From: Minisyncoccota bacterium
GTDB taxonomy: Bacteria > Patescibacteriota > Minisyncoccia > Phycocordibacterales > UBA918
Length of the DNA stretch: 64,000 nt
Assembly: GCA_021734905.1 (NCBI GenBank)
Contig: JAIPIB010000002.1
Span: 111,386 to 175,385 of the forward strand
Direction of reading: 5' to 3'
This document shows positions 21,077 to 29,549 of the stretch, in pieces (positions within the stretch are counted from its first letter, which is position 1; the number at the start of each line of letters is the position of its first letter). The notes under the pieces were generated by a model that was given only the letters and a program-made list of their open reading frames with translations, ran no database searches and was not told where the DNA came from. Both the position numbers and the translations under genes were made by a program.

Positions 21077-21201
21077 TAAGTCCTCTCCTTTTATGAATTG
21101 CAATCATTTGACAGAACACTATATTTTTTCATCTTCTTTTATTATAACACATTATTTAAATTACGCAAGGATGGTAAAGATCAACATCTTTTTAATTGTG
21201 A

Positions 21202-22215
21202 TTATCTCTTCGCAAGGATAGTTCGTTTATAGGTATCAAGATGCTCAAGTGCTTCACCTGTCCCCTTCGCTACGCAAAAGAGTGCTTGGTCTGCGAGTAC
21301 AGCATTCACTCCAGTTCGTCGCTTCACAAGCTCTGGAAAATTACGTAACTGTGATGTTCCTCCAGTCATGATGATGCCGTGATCAATAATATCTGAAGCA
21401 AGCTCTGGGGGTGTATCTTGAAACACATCCTTTATTGCTTTAACCATCTCGCGGAGTTCCCGTGAAATAGCACGAACAACCTCATTCGTCTTTATTTCTG
21501 TAGTACGAGGCAGACCAGTAAGTAAATCTCGCCCTTTAATATCCATACTTAGTTCTTCCTCAAGCGGAAGCGCAGAACCGATTCCAATTTTAATATCCTC
21601 AGCAGTTTTTTCTCCAATAGAAAGATTATGACTTTTTTTCGCGTAATCGATAATTGCAGCGTCAATTTTGTTCCCTGCACACTTCACTGAATTTGAAGCA
21701 ACAATACCTCCAAGAGAAATGACTGCAACATCTATAGTTCCCCCACCAATATCTACAATCATATGACCTTGTGGTTCGTAGATAGGGACTTTTGCACCAA
21801 TTGCAGCAAGAATAGGCTCCTTAACAACATAGACATTTCGAGCACCAGCCTTAAGTGTTGCTTCTATCACGGCACGCTTCTCTGTCGAACTAACCCCAGC
21901 AGGAACAGAAACAAGTACGTCTGGCTTAAAAATATTAAAATTACCGAGTGCTTTCTTAAGAAAATATTTGATCATTGCTTCGGTCACTCTATAATCTGCA
22001 ATAACACCATCCTTCATTGGTCGGTATGCATGCATAGTGTCTGGAGTCCTTCCAATCATCCGTTTTGCCTCACTCCCAACAGCAACTATTTCATTCATGC
22101 TAGAGACAGCAACAACAGATGGTTCGTTAAGTACAATACCTTCACCATACACAAAAACAAGAACATTTGTGGTTCCTAGATCAATGCCAATTTTTGGTGT
22201 AAAGCTCCTTCTCAT
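21202..22215 (-). CDS. second MreB/Mbl-like actin homolog
   Basis: IGIDLGTTNVLVFVYGEGIVLNEPSVVAV and full actin-fold motifs; paralog of mreB at 11259-12329. Confidence 0.85.
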   Translation of the reverse strand: MRRSFTPKIGIDLGTTNVLVFVYGEGIVLNEPSVVAVSSMNEIVAVGSEAKRMIGRTPDTMHAYRPMKDGVIADYRVTEAMIKYFLKKALGNFNIFKPDVLVSVPAGVSSTEKRAVIEATLKAGARNVYVVKEPILAAIGAKVPIYEPQGHMIVDIGGGTIDVAVISLGGIVASNSVKCAGNKIDAAIIDYAKKSHNLSIGEKTAEDIKIGIGSALPLEEELSMDIKGRDLLTGLPRTTEIKTNEVVRAISRELREMVKAIKDVFQDTPPELASDIIDHGIIMTGGTSQLRNFPELVKRRTGVNAVLADQALFCVAKGTGEALEHLDTYKRTILAKR

Positions 22216-22280
22216 AGAAAGGTTAATAGTACCCTGTTAGTCATTTTTATCAATCTGCCCATATCCACCCACTCTGATTG

Positions 22281-22308
22281 CCCACTATAGCGTCTATGCT
22301 ATAGTGGG
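22281..22308. promoter_or_regulatory. perfect 11-bp inverted repeat CCCACTATAGC-N6-GCTATAGTGGG overlapping putative -10 (TATAGT) 8 nt upstream of the HTH-MurA start; candidate autoregulatory operator
   Basis: read directly; right half-site contains TATAGT; gene product carries an XRE-type HTH. Confidence 0.5.
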
Positions 22309-22313
22309 CGTAT

Positions 22314-23816
22314 ATGGAGAAAAATATTGGCATGCGAATAGCGGATATCCGCGAGACACAAGGTGTTACACAAAAAGCACTCGCAAAGCTTCTTAATACA
22401 ACGCAGAGTGCCATCGCTCGCATCGAAAGTGGCAAGCAGAATGTCAGTGCCGATATGCTCAAAAAATTGAGTAAAGCACTGAAGAAGAATCTTGTAACCC
22501 TCTCACCAGGTACTGTAAATCTCAGTATTGAAGGTAACAAGAAATTACACGGGACCGTTGTCACGAGCACCTCAAAAAATGGTGCTGTCGGCCTACTCTG
22601 CGCCTCTCTTTTAAACAAAGGAAAAACTACACTCCGTAAAGTTCCACGCATAGAGGAAGTGCACAGACTCATTGAAGTACTCCAAAGTATTGGGTCGCAC
22701 GTTGAATGGAACGGTTCTGATGTAGTCATTACTCCACCGAAATCATACGCACTTAAAAAAATTAATGCCGACGCTGCTCGAAAGACACGAAGTATCGTCA
22801 TGTTCATTGGCCCACTTATTCATACAGTTTCTTCGTTTTCGCTCCCACAATCAGGTGGTTGCAAACTTGGAAGTCGCACAGTACGTCCACATTTCTATGG
22901 ACTAGAGCACTTTGGAGTCTCTATTAAAACAACGAACGACTCATTCGAGGTATCAACAAGTATCAAAAAGCCGACAGAAATAATTCTCTACGAGTCTGGT
23001 GACACGGTAACCGAGAATGTTCTTATGGCTGCAGCACTTACCCCTTCGATGACGGTAATCAAATATGCCTCTGCAAATTACCAAGTGCAAGAATTGTGTG
23101 CTTTTCTCCGCATTTGTGGTGTCACAATTGATGGAGTTGGGACCACGACACTTACCGTAACCGGAATTAAAGAACTTAATACGGACATTGATTATACCCT
23201 TTCAGAAGACCCAACTGACAGCATGTTTTTTCTTGCGACGGCGATCGTAACTCACTCAGCACTCACAATAACGCGTTGCCCGATTGATTTTCTTGAAATA
23301 GAACTTCTCAAGCTTGAAAAAATGGGATTCGTCTACACTCGTTCGAAACCTTACCTCTCTGAAAATGGCCTCACACGTCTTGTCGACATAAAGACAAAAC
23401 CAGGACCCCTTACTGCACTGCATGAAAAAATACACCCATCTGTTTACCCGGGTCTCAATATTGACAACCTCCCTTTCTTCGCCGTCATAGCAACACAAGC
23501 TGTAGGACAAACACTCATCCATGACTGGGTTTACGAGAAGCGTGCACTTTATTTTACTGAACTCGATAAACTTGGTGCCGAAACTGTCCTTGCTGACCCC
23601 CACCGAATTTACATTACAGGACCAACGCAACTTCGTGCCAATGAACTTATCTGCCCCCCAGCGCTACGTCCAGCAACTATCCTCCTTATCGCAATGCTCG
23701 GAGCAAAGGGGCACTCAGTACTTAGGAATATCTATAGTATCAATCGTGGTTATGAAAACCTTGTTGAAAGACTTGCTTCGCTCGGAGCTCGCATTTCATA
23801 TCTTGAGGAGTATTAA
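22314..23816 (+). CDS. murA: UDP-N-acetylglucosamine 1-carboxyvinyltransferase MurA with N-terminal XRE-family HTH domain fusion
   Basis: aa 1-60 HTH (QKALAKLLNTTQSAIARIESG); remainder aligns to MurA (SKNGAVGLL, SGGCKLGSRTVRPH with catalytic Cys, NRGYENLVERLASLGARI). Confidence 0.8.
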   Translation: MEKNIGMRIADIRETQGVTQKALAKLLNTTQSAIARIESGKQNVSADMLKKLSKALKKNLVTLSPGTVNLSIEGNKKLHGTVVTSTSKNGAVGLLCASLLNKGKTTLRKVPRIEEVHRLIEVLQSIGSHVEWNGSDVVITPPKSYALKKINADAARKTRSIVMFIGPLIHTVSSFSLPQSGGCKLGSRTVRPHFYGLEHFGVSIKTTNDSFEVSTSIKKPTEIILYESGDTVTENVLMAAALTPSMTVIKYASANYQVQELCAFLRICGVTIDGVGTTTLTVTGIKELNTDIDYTLSEDPTDSMFFLATAIVTHSALTITRCPIDFLEIELLKLEKMGFVYTRSKPYLSENGLTRLVDIKTKPGPLTALHEKIHPSVYPGLNIDNLPFFAVIATQAVGQTLIHDWVYEKRALYFTELDKLGAETVLADPHRIYITGPTQLRANELICPPALRPATILLIAMLGAKGHSVLRNIYSINRGYENLVERLASLGARISYLEEY

Positions 23817-23862
23817 AAGGCTATATTTGGGATTTTTGCGTGGCATTTGCTAGAATAGCAAC

Positions 23863-25752
23863 ATGTACGTGATTACTGTTGTCCCACTGAAACGTGGCAT
23901 TGGCCTTGATACTCTTTCGTACTTTGGAAGTACTGATTATCCAAAAGGGACAATGCTGACAATTCCAATTCGAAATAACATGGTTTTGGGACTTGTGACC
24001 GACTCAAAAGAAGTCAGTGCTGCAAAAACAGCCTTACGCGCTGCAACATTTTCACTTCGGAAACTTCCCCCGCAAACACATTCAGCAATACTTGGAAAAG
24101 CATACATAGACACAGCTCGTGAACTTGCAAATTACTATGCCTCTCCACTTGGGGGAATCCTTTACAACCTTCTCGCTCCTGACATTCGAAATGGTGATAT
24201 TCCGCTTCCACATACGCACCACGTCAATTCTCCTCAAGCACACGCACCACAGGTACTTGCGGCAAAAAAACGTGACCGCTTCCTTACCTATCGTTCATTG
24301 GTGCGTGAGACATTTGCACACAGCGGCTCAGTGCTCTGTGTTGTTCCTACTTCAACTGAAGCAGACGAGTTGAAAGATGCTCTCCTACAGGGTATCGGGG
24401 ATAGGATTATTATGTTCACCAGTGCAATGACCAAAACGCAACTAAAAAAATCCTATGAACTCCTCGAGGATTTCAGCAAGACCAAGCTCATAATTTCTAC
24501 ACCATCACACTCCTTGCTTGAACGACATGATATTACAGTTGTCATCATTGAACATTCGCGCTCTCCATATTATAAAGAGCTAAACCGTCCGTATATTGAT
24601 TATAGAGATGCTCTTCGCATCCATGCGAAGCATACGGGAAGAAAACTAATTTTTGCAGACCTCCTTATCCGTGCAGAAGAAGAAGCCTACCGGCGAAACG
24701 AAACCTATACAACGCTTGGTGAAGAGTGTAAGAGGATAGATCTTCCTGGAAAACTTGAGATTATTGAAATGACAAGAACAGAACCGACATCAATGCCCTT
24801 TCGTTTATTTTCAGAACAGGTCCTTACCGCAATCAATGATGTCAAAAAAAAGAAAGGGAGAATCTTTATGTTCGCAGCACGCCGGGGACTTGCTCCCGTC
24901 GTCGCATGCATGGACTGTGGATACATCTTTAGATCACCAGAAAGCGGTGCTCCCTACTCACTTATTCGCACAACAAAGGATGGTCTCGAGGAGCGGTGGT
25001 TCATCTGTAGTACCTCCGGTGAAAAAATTAAAGCGCAAGATACATGTCCTTCATGCAATTCATGGAAATTGCGAGAACGAGGTATTGGCATTCAACAAGT
25101 ATATGATGAGCTCCATAAGGTTTTGCCAGATATCCCAACAATTTTATTTGACCATATTACAGCTCGTACCTACAAAAAAGCCACATTCCTTCGTGACTCT
25201 TTTTATAAAGAAAAAGGTGTCATTCTTCTCGGAACACACATGTCTGTTCCATATCTCACAAATGAAGTCGACCTTTCCATCATCGTAAATATGGACGCAC
25301 TCCTTGCAACGCCAACGTGGCGTCTCGAGGAAGAAAATTTGTCTCTCTTACTCAGACTTCGTGAAGTAACGGTGGGAAACGTCTTCGTTCAGACACGATC
25401 ACCCCTTACCAATGTCCTTCAGTATGCTAAACATGGAACTGTCGAACAATTTTATTCTGAAGAACTAGAACTTCGCAAATCATTCAATTACCCCCCATAT
25501 GCGACATTTGTTCATTTCACATGGCAAGGGTCCCAAGATGCCGTGAAGAAAATTGAAGACGATCTTATAGAGCTCTTTAAGGAATTTCCACTCTCCCCAT
25601 ACCAAAACCCAACCTCAACAGGTCAATCAACAATTATGTACGGACTCATTCGTGTCCCCAATAATGAATGGCCAAACAAAAAAATCGCAGCACTTCTGAG
25701 TCGCGTGCCCCCAACGGTTCGTGTTGTAATCAACCCTGACAAAATCGTCTAA
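23863..25752 (+). CDS. priA: primosomal protein N' (PriA)-like with degenerate helicase motifs
   Basis: PriA N-terminal 3'-DNA-binding style start, Cys4 zinc module (CMDCG...CPSCNS), conserved priA-def-fmt synteny; Walker A GxGKT absent and DEEH replaced by IIEHS. Confidence 0.6.
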   Translation: MYVITVVPLKRGIGLDTLSYFGSTDYPKGTMLTIPIRNNMVLGLVTDSKEVSAAKTALRAATFSLRKLPPQTHSAILGKAYIDTARELANYYASPLGGILYNLLAPDIRNGDIPLPHTHHVNSPQAHAPQVLAAKKRDRFLTYRSLVRETFAHSGSVLCVVPTSTEADELKDALLQGIGDRIIMFTSAMTKTQLKKSYELLEDFSKTKLIISTPSHSLLERHDITVVIIEHSRSPYYKELNRPYIDYRDALRIHAKHTGRKLIFADLLIRAEEEAYRRNETYTTLGEECKRIDLPGKLEIIEMTRTEPTSMPFRLFSEQVLTAINDVKKKKGRIFMFAARRGLAPVVACMDCGYIFRSPESGAPYSLIRTTKDGLEERWFICSTSGEKIKAQDTCPSCNSWKLRERGIGIQQVYDELHKVLPDIPTILFDHITARTYKKATFLRDSFYKEKGVILLGTHMSVPYLTNEVDLSIIVNMDALLATPTWRLEEENLSLLLRLREVTVGNVFVQTRSPLTNVLQYAKHGTVEQFYSEELELRKSFNYPPYATFVHFTWQGSQDAVKKIEDDLIELFKEFPLSPYQNPTSTGQSTIMYGLIRVPNNEWPNKKIAALLSRVPPTVRVVINPDKIV

Positions 25753-25783
25753 TTTATTTTAATGTAAGAATGCGCTATAGTAC

Positions 25784-26332
25784 GTGAACATGGCAAAGTT
25801 AGTAAAACAAGAGCATGCAGCACTCCATCAGATAGCTGCGGAAGTTCCTCTCGAGGAAATTTCTTCAAAAAAAATTCAAAAGATACTGAAAGATATGCGG
25901 GCTGCTTTGGATGGATATAATATTGATGGTTTTAATGGTGTTGCAATTGCGGCACCACAAATTGGAATCTCTCTACGTATTTTTCTCGTACACAACTCAA
26001 GTACTCACAAAAAGGAAAAAGGGCTGATCCCAGACCTCATTGCAATCAATCCTCAAATCATCAAGCTATCGAAACGTAAACATATTGTCGGTGAAGGATG
26101 CCTTTCTGTTGGAGAAAAATATGGCGCTGTGTCACGCTCAACTCACGCAACGATACGAGCGTACGATGAAAATGGGACTCTATATGAACGTGGAGCAGGT
26201 GGGCTCCTTGCGCAAATTTTTCAACATGAAGTTGACCACCTTGATGGAATACTCTTTGTAGATCGAGCAGAAAAAATGTGGCATAAAGATGATCTTGAAG
26301 CGCAAAAATTCAAAGAAGCAGAAAATGAATAA
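25784..26332 (+). CDS. def: peptide deformylase
   Basis: GVAIAAPQIG, EGCLS, HEVDHL motifs. Confidence 0.9.
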   Translation: MNMAKLVKQEHAALHQIAAEVPLEEISSKKIQKILKDMRAALDGYNIDGFNGVAIAAPQIGISLRIFLVHNSSTHKKEKGLIPDLIAINPQIIKLSKRKHIVGEGCLSVGEKYGAVSRSTHATIRAYDENGTLYERGAGGLLAQIFQHEVDHLDGILFVDRAEKMWHKDDLEAQKFKEAENE

Positions 26333-27194
26333 TAAAATTAACCCCACCGTCGCATTTTTTGGATCATCTCAGATTTCAGTCTGGGTACTTGAGGAACTTG
26401 AAAAAGAAGGGATTCTTCCTTCCCTCGTTATAACAAATCCCGACACCCGCCAGGGAAGAAAAATGATTCTCACTGAAACACCTGTCGCGCAATGGGCGCA
26501 GCAAAAATCTATTGCAACTTTTAAACCTGCATCACTCCGAAATGAAGAAATTGTGGCAACACTCAAAGCATCTGGATGTGATCTCTTTATTGTTGCTGCC
26601 TATGGCAAAATGATCCCCGAAGAAATTCTCAACATTCCACGATTTAAAACCCTTAATATGCACCCATCACTTCTTCCAAAGCTCCGTGGTGCAAGCCCTA
26701 TCAGGTCTGCAATACTTGAGGATGTTCACCCTACTGGGGTCTCTATCATGATTCTCACAAAAGGACTCGATGAAGGACCAATTCTTGCCCAAGAAGAGAC
26801 TCAAATTGAGGATTCAGAATGGCCAATTAAAGGAACAGTACTCGATGAAATACTTGCTCATCAAGGCGGTAAGCTTCTCGCAAAAACTATTCATACATGG
26901 GTCAGTGGCAATATGCAACCACAAGAACAAAATCATGAAGAAGCAACCTACTCACAGAAAATTACCAAAGAGATGGGAGAAATCGATTTTTCGAACGATC
27001 CATATAAAAACTTACTCAGGATTCGTGCATTCGATGGTTGGCCGGGGGCGTTCTTTTTTGTCGAGAGAAAAGGAGCTCTTGTACGCATCAAGATTCTTGA
27101 TGCTCTGATTCAAGACGGAGTCCTCGTACCCACAAAAATTATACCTGAAGGCAAAAAAGAAATGCTCTACGAAGATTTCCTTCGAAGCCAATAA
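26325..27194 (+). CDS. fmt: methionyl-tRNA formyltransferase
   Basis: formyltransferase N-domain and C-terminal domain; def-fmt operon; start taken at internal ATG. Confidence 0.85.
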   Translation: MNNKINPTVAFFGSSQISVWVLEELEKEGILPSLVITNPDTRQGRKMILTETPVAQWAQQKSIATFKPASLRNEEIVATLKASGCDLFIVAAYGKMIPEEILNIPRFKTLNMHPSLLPKLRGASPIRSAILEDVHPTGVSIMILTKGLDEGPILAQEETQIEDSEWPIKGTVLDEILAHQGGKLLAKTIHTWVSGNMQPQEQNHEEATYSQKITKEMGEIDFSNDPYKNLLRIRAFDGWPGAFFFVERKGALVRIKILDALIQDGVLVPTKIIPEGKKEMLYEDFLRSQ

Positions 27195-27218
27195 AAATTG
27201 CTATAAAAACATCGAAGT

Positions 27219-27590
27219 CTACTCACTACCTCCAAATCGAAGCATTCTTTTTACAGCCTGACTTCCTCGCTTAAATAAACTCTGCCTCTTACCTTGCGCT
27301 CGTTGCAATTCTCTTCGTAATTCATTTTTAACAGAATCAATTGCTTGTTCAATTTGCTCTTCAGTTGATTCAACGCGAAAGAGTTTGCCACCGTTAAATA
27401 AGTTGATTTCAGCACGAAATATTTTTCCTGAATGATGTTCAGCTGTTTTTTCTAACTCAACCTCACATCGTGTATCTCCTTGGTTGTCTAATAATTTTCC
27501 AAGCGGAGAAAGTTTTTGTTCAAGTAATTCTTGAAGTTTTGGAGTAATCTCTATGTTAGTCGCCTTCGTATTAATATGAGGAAATGTCAT
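27219..27590 (-). CDS. hpf: ribosome hibernation promoting factor (RaiA/HPF, S30AE family)
   Basis: 123 aa; typical HPF sequence (NIEITPKLQELLEQKL...). Confidence 0.8.
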   Translation of the reverse strand: MTFPHINTKATNIEITPKLQELLEQKLSPLGKLLDNQGDTRCEVELEKTAEHHSGKIFRAEINLFNGGKLFRVESTEEQIEQAIDSVKNELRRELQRAQGKRQSLFKRGSQAVKRMLRFGGSE

Positions 27591-27628
27591 GCTTATACGT
27601 TAAAACTTATAACTATCTTCACTTCTTA

Positions 27629-27853
27629 TTATACCACCTCTATGCTAAACATTTTAGATGGAGATCTGTGTCCAGTAAGCATAGTAATCTGAGATGTAGT
27701 GACTGAAAATTCTGCCGCAAGAATCTCTCGTACACGTTTATTGGCCAGGTTTCGCTCTTTTGGTTCCTTAACCTCTATTATAAATGAAGTTGCATCTTTT
27801 TTTATAACGCGTTCTCGGCGCACTCCTGGAGTCACTTGTACATGAACATACAT
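27629..27853 (-). CDS. DUF167/YggU family protein
   Basis: 74 aa, V.V.PG...I.V...P..G.AN..V..LA..F pattern. Confidence 0.55.
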   Translation of the reverse strand: MYVHVQVTPGVRRERVIKKDATSFIIEVKEPKERNLANKRVREILAAEFSVTTSQITMLTGHRSPSKMFSIEVV

Positions 27854-27858
27854 AAATT

Positions 27859-28149
27859 TTATACTGAACAGGTGCCTCCTGTATTCATCGGAGGAATTTT
27901 AGTTTCCACATCTGTAGTTGTGGCTCCATACTTCTCTTCAATATATGAAACAATATCGTCAGATTCATACATCAAGACATCACCGTCTACAAGAAATGGC
28001 ACCTGCCTCTTTCCTCCAAGTACCATCAATTCTGCTGCATTATTTTCATCGGCGATATTTTTCTCTTCAAATGAAATCCCCTGCGCATCAAATGTTGTTA
28101 TTACCTTTGCACAAAATGGACATCCGGTCTTTACAAAAAGTGTACTCAT
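27859..28149 (-). CDS. glutaredoxin-like protein (CPFC active site)
   Basis: TGCPFCAKV thioredoxin-fold active site, ~90 aa. Confidence 0.75.
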   Translation of the reverse strand: MSTLFVKTGCPFCAKVITTFDAQGISFEEKNIADENNAAELMVLGGKRQVPFLVDGDVLMYESDDIVSYIEEKYGATTTDVETKIPPMNTGGTCSV

Positions 28150-28174
28150 AAAAATTTTACATTACTCAATATTA

Positions 28175-28768
28175 CTAATTGGTATTTTTTCGTTCGTACC
28201 TCCCCATTAATATTGCAGTTTCAAGAGTCATCCCCTTCGCTGCCTCCTCAACCTCCCGTAACGTTGGTGCTTTCAAAAAATTGAGTGCCCCTGAAAGTGC
28301 ATACAACCGGAAAATATACCGATGCTCACGATCAGGAGGACACGCCCCAACATACCCCAAAAGTCCACGAGAATTTAAACCTCCTGTGCCAACAGTTCCA
28401 CCTTCTGGAACTATCTTCGTATCAGATGGAATATTGTAAAGAACCCAATGATCAAATGTCTCGATCCCTCGTTCAATCTTCACTGACTCAGGAATATCTG
28501 GATCATCCATGACGAGCACAAACGATTCTGTCCCTTCAGGAACATTATCTATGTGAAGTTCTGGGCTGATGCCTTCACCATCACACGAATACTGTGATGG
28601 TATAACACCACCATTTGTAAACGCCGCTGCTTGAAGTGTTAATGACATAGAAGATATATTATCTTGAGTAATTTCTGGCGGTGCCTCAGCTTTTTTTGAA
28701 AAGGCAAAGAAAGCTCCCCCGTATACAATGAATGACATTATACCTAACAATAAGAATGCTTGTCTCAT
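28175..28768 (-). CDS. secreted PEBP/YbhB/YbcL family protein
   Basis: signal peptide; DPDxP and HRY motifs of phosphatidylethanolamine-binding protein family. Confidence 0.7.
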   Translation of the reverse strand: MRQAFLLLGIMSFIVYGGAFFAFSKKAEAPPEITQDNISSMSLTLQAAAFTNGGVIPSQYSCDGEGISPELHIDNVPEGTESFVLVMDDPDIPESVKIERGIETFDHWVLYNIPSDTKIVPEGGTVGTGGLNSRGLLGYVGACPPDREHRYIFRLYALSGALNFLKAPTLREVEEAAKGMTLETAILMGRYERKNTN

Positions 28769-28934
28769 TTGTTAATTTTATCATATTTGCACGAAGGCAT
28801 TTTTCCGGTACAATGCACAAGCTCATCATTCTGGTGTATGGGCTAGACACCTATACAAATACTTCACTCGGAAGGCTAATGAAAGTAAACTTCCATTATC
28901 TTCCTCGCTCGTATTTGTAGCACAGCGGTAGAAT

Positions 28935-28959
28935 GAGAAATGACTAAATGTCATTTCTC
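28935..28959 (+). repeat. hairpin repeat copy A: GAGAAATGAC-taaat-GTCATTTCTC (shares TGACTAAATGTCA core with copy B)
   Basis: 10-bp perfect stem; no U-tract; both copies preceded by ATTTGT ~20 nt upstream. Confidence 0.5.
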
Positions 28960-28969
28960 AAGAACAAAA

Positions 28970-29001
28970 ACTACACATTCCGGTGTAGCTCAGCGGTAGA
29001 G
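28970..29001 (+). repeat. 32-nt duplicate of the tRNA-Asn 5' end plus 9 nt of upstream leader (acceptor 5' strand + D-arm), followed by non-tRNA structured sequence
   Basis: identical to 29155-29186; downstream 29002-29115 forms several hairpins but contains no anticodon/T arm. Confidence 0.7.
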
Positions 29002-29163
29002 TGAGGAAGTCTGGGAGACTTGCGCAAGAGGTTGTCGATAATTTGAGTTTACGAAAATTATTCTACAACCTGAACAGCTCCTGTAAGGAGGTTGTCTGTA
29101 AGGCAACCGCTTCCTAAAAGAATCAATCACTCGAACACTGTCTATAAAGGAAAGACTACACAT

Positions 29164-29235
29164 TCCGGTGTAGCTCAGCGGTAGAGCAGTTGCCTGTTAA
29201 GCAATTGGTCGCAGGTTCGAATCCTGCCGCCGGAG
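29164..29235 (+). tRNA. tRNA-Asn (anticodon GTT), CCA not encoded
   Basis: manual cloverleaf: acceptor TCCGGTG/CGCCGGA, D-arm GCTC-AGCGGTA-GAGC, anticodon arm GTTGC-CTGTTAA-GCAAT, T-arm GCAGG-TTCGAAT-CCTGC, discriminator G. Confidence 0.85.
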
Positions 29236-29236
29236 C

Positions 29237-29272
29237 AAATGAAAATAACCCTTTACGGGGTTATTTTCATTT
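29237..29272 (+). other. 15-bp perfect hairpin immediately 3' of tRNA-Asn (AAATGAAAATAACCC...GGGTTATTTTCATTT); terminator-like but no U-tract
   Basis: read directly. Confidence 0.5.
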
Positions 29273-29283
29273 GTGGAGGCGAA

Positions 29284-29306
29284 GTAAGTGACTAAATGTC
29301 ACTTAC
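29284..29306 (+). repeat. hairpin repeat copy B: GTAAGTGAC-taaat-GTCACTTAC
   Basis: same loop/core as copy A with compensatory outer-stem changes. Confidence 0.5.
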
Positions 29307-29385
29307 GTCAGGATTCGAAAAGGTTGCCTAGCATTTTCGTTAGAAAATGATGACAACCTATATTGCTTGTGTAACAAGAGAAGTT

Positions 29386-29399
29386 CTTGCCGCCGGAGC
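29386..29399 (+). repeat. direct repeat of tRNA-Asn 3' end (CTTGCCGCCGGAGC vs CCTGCCGCCGGAGC), att-like scar
   Basis: 13/14 identity to tRNA positions 61-73; nearby GGATTCGAA(CC) fragments at 29311-29319 and 29448-29459 are reverse-complement T-arm-like remnants. Confidence 0.5.
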
Positions 29400-29549
29400 C
29401 AGAGAGAAAAGCGCTTTGATTGGCGCTTTTTTCTGTATACCTCAGACGGGATTCGAACCTTTGTTTGACTTATTCTCAATAAAGCAGTTAACTATCTGTC
29501 ATCACTCAGAATGTTCTGAGAGTTCCCATAATGACTGGAGACCAAGCCC

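Noticed and set aside
22250-22807. 185-aa ORF on minus strand
   Set aside because: Lies entirely antisense within the well-supported murA coding region. Low-complexity translation.
28979-29115. Possibility that the first tRNA-like segment is an intron-containing or split tRNA gene
   Set aside because: No anticodon stem-loop, T-arm or acceptor 3' strand could be found downstream of the structured insert; only the 5' acceptor/D-arm part is tRNA-like.
28935-29306. The two TGACTAAATGTCA hairpins as Rho-independent terminators
   Set aside because: Neither is followed (on either strand) by a U-tract. Treated as repeat or structural elements instead.
29440-29530. Minus-strand tRNA suggested by GGATTCGAACC (reverse complement of T-arm consensus)
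   Set aside because: Flanking sequence does not form T-stem or acceptor pairings. Likely a tRNA fragment or remnant.
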